Source: Syntrophomonas sp.
GTDB lineage: Bacteria; Bacillota; Syntrophomonadia; Syntrophomonadales; Syntrophomonadaceae
Reading direction: 5' to 3'
Assembly: GCA_016841425.1 (NCBI GenBank)
Contig: JAENZE010000015.1
Span: 14,032 to 78,031 of the forward strand
DNA length: 64,000 nucleotides
Below are positions 29,367-38,472 of the stretch, piece by piece. The notes under the pieces are model-generated. The model was given only the letters and a program-made list of their open reading frames with translations, did no database searches and had not been told where the DNA came from. The position numbers and the translations under genes were made by a program. Numbering within the stretch: position 1 is the stretch's first letter; every line of letters starts with the position of its first letter.

Positions 29367-30205
29367 CTGCAAACACCTCCTTCGTTATGGTGTTCGAGCA
29401 TGGCTAGCTTTTCTTCCTCGGCGAACATAAGCGATCTCTGGCGAGCCAGGGTCCAATTAATCTTGTGGCCATCAAACTCAGGTCCGTCAACACAAGCAAA
29501 TTTGGTGTTGTTTCCGACTTCGATGCGGCACGCGCCACACATACCAGTACCATCAACCATGATCGGGTTTAAACTAACCACGGTGGAAATACCAACCTTC
29601 TCAGTTACTTCGCAGACTGCCTGCATCATTATCATCGGACCAATTGCTACGACCAGGTCGATTTTCCCTCGCTCATTAATTAGTTCTTTCAAAACTTCGG
29701 TAACCATGCCAGTTCGGCCATACGAACCATCATCAGTCGTGATAATGACTTCAGAACTGACTTTTTTCATCTCTTCTTCCAGGATCAGCAGGTCATGGGT
29801 TCGAGCACCTAAAATGCTTATTACTTCGTTTCCAGCTAATATCATTTCCCTGGCGATAGGATGAATAGGCGCAACCCCAACCCCACCGCCAATCATTATT
29901 ACTCGTCCCAAACGCTCAATATTTGAGGGTTGTCCCAGAGGGCCTGCAAAATCCAACAGGCAGTCTCCTGCTTCCATCGTAGCCATTAGCTCAGTACTTT
30001 TACCAACTACCTGGAAAATAATAGTAATGGTACCTTTTTCCCGGTCAAAGTCGGCGATGGTCAGCGGAATTCTCTCTCCCACTTCGTCCTTGCGCACCAT
30101 TACGAACTGGCCTGCCTGGCAACTGCTGGCAACCAAAGGTGCTTTTACCTCAAACAAGATCATAAGATCATTAACGAGTACCTGCTTCTTGAGTATCTGA
30201 TACAA
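29339..30205 (-). CDS. nfnA: NfnA / sulfide-dehydrogenase-type FAD- and [2Fe-2S]-binding subunit
   Basis: Ferredoxin-NADP reductase-like fold with a C-terminal CGACRI...C cluster. TTG start after GGAGG. Its 3' end overlaps nfnB by 28 nt. Confidence 0.8.
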   Translation of the reverse strand: MYQILKKQVLVNDLMILFEVKAPLVASSCQAGQFVMVRKDEVGERIPLTIADFDREKGTITIIFQVVGKSTELMATMEAGDCLLDFAGPLGQPSNIERLGRVIMIGGGVGVAPIHPIAREMILAGNEVISILGARTHDLLILEEEMKKVSSEVIITTDDGSYGRTGMVTEVLKELINERGKIDLVVAIGPMIMMQAVCEVTEKVGISTVVSLNPIMVDGTGMCGACRIEVGNNTKFACVDGPEFDGHKINWTLARQRSLMFAEEEKLAMLEHHNEGGVCRCSCHQQKN

Positions 30206-30649
30206 GTCCTATACCTCCTTAAATTATATTAACTACATGGGAATCACTACTATCTATCAGGCAATTATGCTGCAAGAAACGTGCCGATGTATGTTTATAT
30301 TAACCTCAACTCATTTTTGGAAATTGGCAGAGTAATGCAACTGACTGGTTTTTTCAACCCGGAGGAAATGAAGGTATTAGAAAATAGCATAAGATAAGGT
30401 TGTACCAAATTGAGTTTGGGGATCGAAACCATATCTATTTTAAAATGAGTCAGATTTGATCAGAAATTAGTTAAAAATTAACGGGTGCGAGCGAGGGCTA
30501 TTTAGCTGGTGTATAAAGTGAAATTGTTCAAACCTTGATTTTAGGCTTTTTACTGGTTTTAATGGTTTTTAACATTAACTCTTAGCAAGTAAACTTAACA
30601 GGCAACCCATAAATGACTTGATGTGCAAAAGTTGAATTATCAGGGGTTT

Positions 30650-30681
30650 ACACGGGATTTGAGATAACCCCGTGTTTTTTT
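30650..30681 (+). terminator. orphan plus-strand rho-independent terminator in the nfnA / SDR intergenic region
   Basis: ACACGGG, 11-nt loop, CCCGTGT, then TTTTTTT. No annotated plus-strand gene lies upstream of it. Confidence 0.55.
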
Positions 30682-30819
30682 AAACCGAAAATGACTTATA
30701 AAGCATACTGAATTTACATCTGCTTACAATCAATTATATCCAACCTGGATGATAGAAAATGAACTGGCTAGCCATTAAAGAGAAGTTCCAGAGATGCGCA
30801 AAACCCCTTAATAAGGCAC

Positions 30820-30835
30820 TGGCATAGTATTTGCA
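30820..30835 (+). promoter_or_regulatory. sigma-54 promoter (-24 TGGCA / -12 TTGCA), operon 1
   Basis: TGGCATAGTATTTGCA has exact consensus spacing and lies 54 nt upstream of ATG 30889. The 21-mer TGGCATAGTATTTGCAATTTA is repeated at 41889. Confidence 0.85.
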
Positions 30836-30888
30836 ATTTATAAGGCAAAGTCCATATGCTTTAGAAATATTTTTGAGGAGGATAAAGA

Positions 30889-31722
30889 ATGTCGGAAAAG
30901 AAATTTGTCGATCCCTACGGTGTATTCACAACACGCATTGATGTTCCTGACACATTCCCTTCCAATTCAGATTTGTCAGGGAAAAAGGTCTTAGTAACGG
31001 GAGGTGGAAGAGGTCTCGGGGTAGGAATAGCTTTAGCATTTGCCGCTGCAGGTGCAGATGTTGCCGTTTCTGCTAGAACAGAGACTGATGTTAAAGAGAT
31101 TGCTAAGCGTATCGAAGCTAAAGGAGTTAAGGGTCTTGCCGTGGCCGGTAATGTTAAAGATGCTAAAAGTGTTCAAGAGATGATAGCTGCAGTGGTTGCG
31201 GAATTTGGCAGGATTGATGTTCTGGTCAACAATGCAGGCATCAGTCCATGGGTATTGCGCCCCGAAAAGTATACCGAAGAACAGTGGGATGAAATGATGG
31301 GTATTAACCTGAAGGGATGCTGGCTTTGTGCTAAAGAAGCATTTCTGCAATCAATGAAAGATCTTGATAAGGGCAGAATCATTAATACTGGTTCAGCTTT
31401 TGGTATGATTGGTGACCACCGCGTACTTCCTTATTGCTCCAGTAAAGGTGCGGTATTAAACTTTGCCCGGGCACTGGCGATAGACTGGGCTCCGTATAAT
31501 ATTACGGTAAACAACGTAGCTCCAGGATTTTTTGATTCCCCCCTCATCGAAGGCTATAAGAACAACGAAGCATTAGGTCAACAGATTCTGGACCGGGTAC
31601 CGCTGGGCCGCTGGGGAAGGATTGAAGAGCTGGTAGGAACTTATATATTTCTGGCATCAGATGCATCCAGCTTCATAACTGGCCAGACCATTTATGTTGA
31701 TGGCGGTATGACCATAATCTAA
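30889..31722 (+). CDS. short-chain dehydrogenase/reductase (SDR)
   Basis: TGGGRGLGVGIA cofactor motif, NNAG, and the catalytic YCSSK. Confidence 0.9.
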   Translation: MSEKKFVDPYGVFTTRIDVPDTFPSNSDLSGKKVLVTGGGRGLGVGIALAFAAAGADVAVSARTETDVKEIAKRIEAKGVKGLAVAGNVKDAKSVQEMIAAVVAEFGRIDVLVNNAGISPWVLRPEKYTEEQWDEMMGINLKGCWLCAKEAFLQSMKDLDKGRIINTGSAFGMIGDHRVLPYCSSKGAVLNFARALAIDWAPYNITVNNVAPGFFDSPLIEGYKNNEALGQQILDRVPLGRWGRIEELVGTYIFLASDASSFITGQTIYVDGGMTII

Positions 31723-31804
31723 TTCTAAGTACTTTCACAAGCAGAAGAATAATATGCACCAAGTAACAAGGCGAAATATTTAAGGAAAGGCAGGAAATTT
31801 TTAT

Positions 31805-32965
31805 ATGAACTTCGAGTTAACAGAAGAAGAACGATTAATAAAAAATATGACCAGGGTTTTTGCGAATGAAGTGATCATTCCTCAAATTGACGAATCATAT
31901 GAAACCAAAGAGTTTCCTCTTGGAATATTCCAGCAGATGGCTGACCTGGGTTTGATGGGGCTGAAGTATCCGGAAGAGTATGGCGGCAGTGGTGCAAGCA
32001 ATATGGCTTATATAACTGCTATGGAGGAAATAGCCAGGGGTGACTGTGGTGTAGGTCTAACCTGGGGAGTACATCAGACTTTAGGCAGCGTTTCGATCAT
32101 CAAGTTCGGAACTGAACAGCAAAAGGAAAAATATCTCCCCAAGATGGCTGCCGGGGAATGGCTGGGTGCCTTCGGGCTTTCTGAAGCTAATGCCGGTTCG
32201 GATAACCAGGGCATGGAATGTAAGGCCGAGCTTCAGGATGATGGAACATGGAAAGTCAATGGCACCAAGATGTTCATCAGCAACACCGGCACTCCCTTGA
32301 GCTTCGGGGGAATCTTCCTGTTTGTTACTGGCAAAACTCCAAGCGGAAAAAAGGAATTTACATCATTTATCGTAGATAAAGATACACCTGGATACAGCAT
32401 TGGAACGAAGTTTAAGAAAATGGGTTTTGACTGGGGCGACACCCGGGAGCAGATCTTCGAGGATTGTATTCTTTCCGATGAGCAGCGTTTAGGACCACGC
32501 GGTAACGGCTTTAAACAGATCATGGATACTCTTGATGCTGCCAGAATCGGATATGCTGCTAACAGCTTGGGTATGGCCGTACGTTGCTATGATGAAGCAC
32601 TAAAATATGGTAATGAACGCAAGCAGTTTGGACAAACCATTAACAGTTTCCAGGTTACCTCCTTTAAATTAGCCAATATGGCTACTAAAATCGAGCTGGC
32701 CAGACTTATGGTTCAAAAAGCAGCCTGGATGCGTGACAACAATATACCGCATACCAAAGAAGCGGCTATGGCCAAATATTATGCCTCTAAAATCTGTATG
32801 GAGGTAGCCAGCGAAGCGGTTCAGATCCATGGTGGCTATGGATTCTCGGAAGAATACCCGGTTTGCCGTTATTTCAGATATGGCAAGATGATGGAGATTG
32901 GTGAAGGTACCAATGAGATCAATCAGATAGTTATTTCTCGTCACCTTGGTATTGCTGGACTATAG
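31805..32965 (+). CDS. acyl-CoA dehydrogenase
   Basis: Full-length ACAD layout (GLSEANAGSD ..., a C-terminal catalytic Glu region IGEGTNEI). Confidence 0.9.
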   Translation: MNFELTEEERLIKNMTRVFANEVIIPQIDESYETKEFPLGIFQQMADLGLMGLKYPEEYGGSGASNMAYITAMEEIARGDCGVGLTWGVHQTLGSVSIIKFGTEQQKEKYLPKMAAGEWLGAFGLSEANAGSDNQGMECKAELQDDGTWKVNGTKMFISNTGTPLSFGGIFLFVTGKTPSGKKEFTSFIVDKDTPGYSIGTKFKKMGFDWGDTREQIFEDCILSDEQRLGPRGNGFKQIMDTLDAARIGYAANSLGMAVRCYDEALKYGNERKQFGQTINSFQVTSFKLANMATKIELARLMVQKAAWMRDNNIPHTKEAAMAKYYASKICMEVASEAVQIHGGYGFSEEYPVCRYFRYGKMMEIGEGTNEINQIVISRHLGIAGL

Positions 32966-32984
32966 ATGGAGAGGAGAGAGTCAC

Positions 32985-34307
32985 TTGAAAAGACCGTACA
33001 GGTATACTCATGACTGGAAAGAGGAATATAACAGAAAACTGGTATCTGCAGAAGATGCGGTTAAGGTAGTGAAGTCATTTGATCGGGTTTTTCTGCCTGG
33101 GTTTGGGGGAGATCCTCCAACTCTTTTAAATGAGTTAGCCAAACGTGGCAATGAGTTAGATGCAGTCGAGATTGTCAGCTGCAACCCGGTTATTCCATTT
33201 GAACACAGCAAACCGGAATACAACGGAATATTTATTGATAATCCGTGGTTTGTTGGTGCTGGAGCACGCAAAGCGGTTATGGAAGGAAGAGGAACCTATA
33301 CTCCAGTTAACTTTGGACATTATGCAAGATTCATGAAAGATGTCGAAATCAATGTGGGTATGATCATGGTTTCGCCTCCTGACAATTTCGGATACATGAG
33401 CTTTGGAATTATGACTGGTTATTCCCGCGCTATTATCGAAGAAGCAGATATCGTGATTTTGCAAATATCCGAACAACAGCCTAGATGTCTCGGAGACTGC
33501 TTTGTTCACGTTTCTGAAGTTGATTATATTGTAGAGGCTAACGATTCTATTCCAGCATTTTCAAAAGCACAAGCCTCAGAAATCGATAAAACGATGGCTG
33601 AAATTATTGCAGCAGAAATTGAAGATGGATCTACTATTCAGTTAGGAGTGGGGGGGACACCGAATACTGTAGGAATGCTTCTGGCCAGCAAACGCGAACT
33701 CGGTGTTCATTCGGAAATGATGATTGATGCATTTATTGATCTGCTGGAAGCTGGAGCTATCACCAATACCAAGAAGACCATGCATCCTGGCAAGTTCATC
33801 TGCACCTTCGCTGGTGGTACCCGTAAACTGTATGACTGGATGGATAATAACCCCCTGGTTGAAAATCATCCGGTTGGCTACACCAATGATCCTTATATAA
33901 TCGGCCAGCAATATAAGCAGGTCTCCATTAACGCTACCTTAGAGGTCGATTTGACTGGACAAGCCTGTTCAGAAAGTATTGGAACACGTCAATACAGCGG
34001 TTTTGGCGGACAGCTGGACTTTGTCAGAGGCTGTATGTTATCTCCCGGCGGCAAATCATTCTTAGTGGTACCTTCCACAGCTAACACCAAGGATGGAGTG
34101 GTATCCAGTATTGTGCCAACACTTAAACCCGGCGCAGGAGTGACAACACCCCGAGGTGACATACATCATGTAGTTACTGAATACGGTATGGTCAACTTGA
34201 GAGGCAAAAGTGTCAGACAGAGGGCCATGGATTTAATATCCATTGCTCATCCTGATTTCCGTGCGGAATTGAAAAAAGAAGCCCAACGCCTGTTGATGAT
34301 GCCCTAG
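32985..34307 (+). CDS. acetyl-CoA hydrolase/transferase family CoA-transferase (4-hydroxybutyrate / butyryl-CoA:acetate type)
   Basis: The family-typical blocks are present (GVGGTPN, GVHSEM, GFGGQLDF, VTEYG). The TTG start at 32985 lies 4 nt downstream of GGAGAGGAGAG. Confidence 0.8.
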   Translation: MKRPYRYTHDWKEEYNRKLVSAEDAVKVVKSFDRVFLPGFGGDPPTLLNELAKRGNELDAVEIVSCNPVIPFEHSKPEYNGIFIDNPWFVGAGARKAVMEGRGTYTPVNFGHYARFMKDVEINVGMIMVSPPDNFGYMSFGIMTGYSRAIIEEADIVILQISEQQPRCLGDCFVHVSEVDYIVEANDSIPAFSKAQASEIDKTMAEIIAAEIEDGSTIQLGVGGTPNTVGMLLASKRELGVHSEMMIDAFIDLLEAGAITNTKKTMHPGKFICTFAGGTRKLYDWMDNNPLVENHPVGYTNDPYIIGQQYKQVSINATLEVDLTGQACSESIGTRQYSGFGGQLDFVRGCMLSPGGKSFLVVPSTANTKDGVVSSIVPTLKPGAGVTTPRGDIHHVVTEYGMVNLRGKSVRQRAMDLISIAHPDFRAELKKEAQRLLMMP

Positions 34308-34708
34308 TTGTTGGGAACTTACAAATAAAATCCTTATTCAAATAATGATATGCAGCCATCTCGAAAATGTATGGTTGTGATCGCTTGGTCCACCAGGAGT
34401 TTAATCTGAAGACGGGGATAGGTTTCCTATCTGGGAAAATAATATATACAGAATTTATTGATTAAACGGACCAAATTAAATTTGAGGGAGAGGGGTGAGA
34501 GACGTTCACAAATCAATGCGATGTAAAATACCTGCTAACGGTAAATAAAGGAGGGATACACCAATAAATGGAGGTTATCGCTAATAATACAACTAGAGCC
34601 CGGTAGGGCAGGATATAAGTTAAGAGCGTAGCAAGTATTGAAATTCGAAATTGGTTTGCTTTGAATCAGGATAGGGTTCGCTGAAAAATGAAAGGGAGGA
34701 AGCTATCT

Positions 34709-36064
34709 ATGGAGAGAACTGTAACTCAGGAATTAGCCCGGTTTGCTGTAAATCTTAAATACGAGGACATTCCCCTTAATGTAATAGACAAGGTGAAAAC
34801 CTGTATTTTGCATGGTACTTGTATCGGCCTGGCAGGAATGGATATTATATTTGGCAAAATTGCCCGGGCTCAGATCAGTAAAGCTCCCACTGCAATTGGA
34901 AATGGGTCTGTAACACTCCTTGGAGATGGTGCCAAGGTAGCAGTCATGGATGCAGCCTTTGCCACCAGTGTTTTGTATCATGGCAGGGTTCAGGAAGATA
35001 CCCATGGCACAACTCATATAGGAGCTATCAGCATTCCTCTGGCAATTGCCCTCGCCGAAATGAACGGTCAGACTGGAAAGGATGTTATTACTGCCCTTGC
35101 CGCAGCCTACGAGGTAGGAGGTGCACTGGGCAAAGATTACACTGCCCTGACAACTCCCAGAGGGTGGAGAGCCAGCTCTATTTATGGCATTTTTAGTGCT
35201 GCCACCGTTGCCGGTGTTTTAATGGGACTTAATGAAGAGGAGATGACTAATGCATTAGGCCTGGCCAGTGCATTTGCATTTGGAACTACGGAGAGTTTTA
35301 AAGCCGCAACTATGGAATGGCGGTTCGAAGTTGGACTGGCCGCAAGAAATGGTTATCTGGCAGCAGTATTGGCCAAAGAGGGTGCACTAGCCGCGGCTAA
35401 TGCAATGGAAGGCGACATGGGTTTCTTCAGAGCTTTTGCGGGAACTCGTGAGAACCTTGATAAGATCACCGAAAATCTCGGCAAGGTGTGGGAGACCAAC
35501 AACGTAACCTTCAAGCTTTATCCGGTGTGTGCATTCAACCAGACCCAGGTTATAAACAGCATCTCATTGGCGTCAGAAAATGACCTTGATCCGGCTAAGA
35601 TTACTTCAATAGAAGTTAATATGAGTGAATATGAGGCTAATTATCCCGGGCAGATGAATTGGGGCCCCTTTTCTGCCCATGCCGGAACATTAATGAGCGC
35701 ACCGTTTTGTGTAGCAGCTTCCTTATTAAATAGAAGATTGACTTTATCTGATCTGCATCAGTTTGAGGATTCTACTATTCTGGAGCTGGTCAACAAAACC
35801 AAAATAATTCCCAATCCCGAAATTGGATTCCTTTGTTCACGCATTGTGGTTACCCTGGAAGATGGAACGGTAGTAGAACGTCCTATGAATGTTACAGAAC
35901 AGTACTATAATTTGGATTTTGCCAGGGATGTTGAAATGATGAGGACTATGAAGGACGAAATTGCAATTTCGGATGAGAAATTGGAAGATCTTATCGCTAT
36001 TGTAGGCACTCTAGAACAGCAAGAAAACATGAACGCATTTGTCAATGCAACACTAGTAGATTAA
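34709..36064 (+). CDS. MmgE/PrpD family protein (2-methylcitrate dehydratase superfamily, specificity unknown)
   Basis: N-terminal ELARFAVNLKYEDIP, and a length and layout typical of PrpD-family proteins. ATG follows GGGAGGAAG. Confidence 0.8.
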   Translation: MERTVTQELARFAVNLKYEDIPLNVIDKVKTCILHGTCIGLAGMDIIFGKIARAQISKAPTAIGNGSVTLLGDGAKVAVMDAAFATSVLYHGRVQEDTHGTTHIGAISIPLAIALAEMNGQTGKDVITALAAAYEVGGALGKDYTALTTPRGWRASSIYGIFSAATVAGVLMGLNEEEMTNALGLASAFAFGTTESFKAATMEWRFEVGLAARNGYLAAVLAKEGALAAANAMEGDMGFFRAFAGTRENLDKITENLGKVWETNNVTFKLYPVCAFNQTQVINSISLASENDLDPAKITSIEVNMSEYEANYPGQMNWGPFSAHAGTLMSAPFCVAASLLNRRLTLSDLHQFEDSTILELVNKTKIIPNPEIGFLCSRIVVTLEDGTVVERPMNVTEQYYNLDFARDVEMMRTMKDEIAISDEKLEDLIAIVGTLEQQENMNAFVNATLVD

Positions 36065-36107
36065 TATGGGTCAGGTTCCTGAAATAGCTTGGTAGGAGTG
36101 ATAACTT

Positions 36108-36635
36108 GTGGGTTTGTATCAATTTGAAAACTATGTACCCAGGGTCGACTCATCGGCATACGTTCATCCGGAGGCAGTACTAATTGGTGATGTCAGTATC
36201 TCCAGGAATTGTTATATTGGACCGGGTGCATCGATACGGGCTGATTGGGGGAGCATCACTATAGGACCGGGTTCTAATATTCAGGACCGAGTTGTTATTC
36301 ACGTTAAACCAGAACACTCAGTAATCCTTGGAGCTAATTCACACATTGGACATGGTGCTATCCTGCATGGACCATCTCTGGGATTCCATGTTTTTATAGG
36401 CATGGGTGCCATCATAATGGACGGAGCAGAATTGGGTGACAATTGCTGCATAGCTGCAGGGACTCTTATCCCTGGTGGAATGAAAATACCAGCTAACAAA
36501 CTTGTTAAAGGCGTTCCCGGCAGGATTGTTTCAGACGTATCCTTGGAAATGGCGGCAGCATTAGAAACAGCAACAAAGCACTATCAAACCCTGACTGAAC
36601 GGTGCCTTAAGGGAATGAGAAGAGTCAACTTTTAG
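36108..36635 (+). CDS. gamma-carbonic-anhydrase-like / PaaY-CaiE hexapeptide-repeat protein
   Basis: Left-handed beta-helix repeats. The N-terminus YVHPEAVLIGDVSI resembles PaaY/CaiE. GTG start 9 nt after AGGAG. Confidence 0.75.
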   Translation: MGLYQFENYVPRVDSSAYVHPEAVLIGDVSISRNCYIGPGASIRADWGSITIGPGSNIQDRVVIHVKPEHSVILGANSHIGHGAILHGPSLGFHVFIGMGAIIMDGAELGDNCCIAAGTLIPGGMKIPANKLVKGVPGRIVSDVSLEMAAALETATKHYQTLTERCLKGMRRVNF

Positions 36636-36690
36636 TTAAACAGTTGGTGGGGAATTAATAATATTGTTATTTATAGAGGAGGTTTTACAT

Positions 36691-38022
36691 TTGTCTACTA
36701 AAGTTGCGGAAAAAGCTTGGGGATATCGCCACATAATACTGCTGGTAGTATGGGGATTATATCTGATAAATTACCTGGATAGGATAGCAGTTCTGACATT
36801 TCTGCCTTATATTAAAGAAGATCTAAACCTAACTACGGTTCAGGTCGGGTGGTTAGGATCAATATTCTTCTTTGGATATGCTTTAGCCCAATTTTCAGCA
36901 GGTTTCTTAAGTGATAAAATTGGTGCTAAAAAAACCATGGGCATTGCCATAACGGTCTTCACTGGAGTTACCTTTTTGACTGGTTTAGTTCAGAATTTCA
37001 CACAATTCATTATACTGCGTCTTGGTCTGGCTCTGGGTGAAGGTCACCATTATACCCCTGCAATTAGAGCACTTGCCGACTGGATGCCTAACCATGAGAA
37101 AGGAAGAGCCAGTGGTTTCTTTGCTACTGTTTTTGGATTCGCTCCTATGCTGACTCCATTAATAGTAACCTCTATTGCAGTCGCATGGTTTGGTGGTGCA
37201 TGGAGACCGGTATTCTTCTGCCTGGCAGTACCCGGTGTTATTGGAATATTCATACTTTGGAAGTTTATGCATAATACACCGAGCGAAGGACTTGCGAAAG
37301 GCGTTGTAAGACAAGGCGAATACGATATGATCGTAGATTCTATTGGCCAGGATCAAAAAATCACTGGTGTTAACTACAGTACCAAATTGATCTTTGGAGA
37401 TAGTAAATTTTATTTATATTCCATTGCCTGGTTCATGCAGCTGATGATTTACTGGGGAATGACCACCTGGGTGGCATTTTTCCTGGTAACTGCGCATGGA
37501 TTTAATATCAAAACTATGGGTATCCTGGCAGGTGTTCCCTACGCTGCCGCCATTTTGGCCCAATTTTTGGGTGGGATTGTTGCGGATAAATGGTTCCAGG
37601 GACGCCCCCGCATTGTCTGCGTTATAGCTTTCCTGGGCTGCATCCCATCTCTGTATTTCCTGGGTCAGGTGCCCTCGGGCAGCATAACTCCATTGGTAAT
37701 ACTGTTGGCACTTTGCGGGTTCTTCATTAACTTCAACTGGGGTGTTATCCAGTCATATCCTTCTTATAGATATCCCAGAGAAATCGTAGGACGCGCTATG
37801 GGTATTGCCAACGGGGTTGGTCAGTTTGGTTCCTTTGTTTCCCCTATGATTGCTTCATACCTGATCATTACCAATGCCGCTGGTGTTAGTGACTTTTCCC
37901 GGGTTTTCTTCTTCTGGGCAATAGCTGCAGCAGTAGCAGCAACCGCATTCTTCTTCCTGAAGGAAGAAGCTATCGATGCAGAACCATACAAAATTGTTAG
38001 CGAGAAGAAATTAGCTTCCTAA
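36691..38022 (+). CDS. MFS transporter (anion:cation symporter-like)
   Basis: 12 TM segments and a DRIAVLTFLP ... SDKIGAKKT loop motif. TTG 36691 follows GAGGAGG. Confidence 0.8.
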   Translation: MSTKVAEKAWGYRHIILLVVWGLYLINYLDRIAVLTFLPYIKEDLNLTTVQVGWLGSIFFFGYALAQFSAGFLSDKIGAKKTMGIAITVFTGVTFLTGLVQNFTQFIILRLGLALGEGHHYTPAIRALADWMPNHEKGRASGFFATVFGFAPMLTPLIVTSIAVAWFGGAWRPVFFCLAVPGVIGIFILWKFMHNTPSEGLAKGVVRQGEYDMIVDSIGQDQKITGVNYSTKLIFGDSKFYLYSIAWFMQLMIYWGMTTWVAFFLVTAHGFNIKTMGILAGVPYAAAILAQFLGGIVADKWFQGRPRIVCVIAFLGCIPSLYFLGQVPSGSITPLVILLALCGFFINFNWGVIQSYPSYRYPREIVGRAMGIANGVGQFGSFVSPMIASYLIITNAAGVSDFSRVFFFWAIAAAVAATAFFFLKEEAIDAEPYKIVSEKKLAS

Positions 38023-38042
38023 ACGCAGTTTGATATCCTGTT

Positions 38043-38090
38043 ATGTATTGTGCAGCTAAAAGTGCTGCACAATACATATCTTTGTATTTA
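38043..38090 (+). terminator. rho-independent terminator ending operon 1
   Basis: Perfect 14-bp stem ATGTATTGTGCAGC / GCTGCACAATACAT followed by a T-rich tail. Confidence 0.8.
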
Positions 38091-38130
38091 GGAAGGAAAT
38101 AATAGAAAAGGGACGAGAGGTGTAATACTA

Positions 38131-38358
38131 ATGTCAGAATTAATATTTTCTTCATCATTTGTAGTCGCTACAGTTCTTTTAATTACTTCTGTAGTGGTAG
38201 TCTTTGTTTGGGATAGGAAGTACATTACTAGAACCTGTGATCAATGTAATCGTGCTAATTTTATTCCTAAACGGGATCCTTTTTTTAATTGTAAATATTG
38301 TGGGTATGATTTGGATGCCAGAGCTAAGGAAGCATTGCTTAAAGAAAGCATTGGATAG
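38131..38358 (+). CDS. small membrane-anchored zinc-ribbon protein (75 aa)
   Basis: One N-terminal TM helix, then CDQC ... CKYC. A GAGAGG-type RBS lies upstream. Confidence 0.5.
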   Translation: MSELIFSSSFVVATVLLITSVVVVFVWDRKYITRTCDQCNRANFIPKRDPFFNCKYCGYDLDARAKEALLKESIG

Positions 38359-38472
38359 CAGTAATAATTATCATTCTAGAATAAACTTATTTTGCTTGTA
38401 AATTGACGGAATAGCTGTAATATTATAATTAAATGTCGATTGTTGAAAACAGGTATTAAGCGGGGTGGAAAA

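Noticed and set aside
30325-30339. TGGCAGAGTAATGCA, a sigma-54-like sequence.
   Set aside because: The GG-to-GC spacing is one nucleotide short of the consensus, and no gene follows it within a sensible distance.
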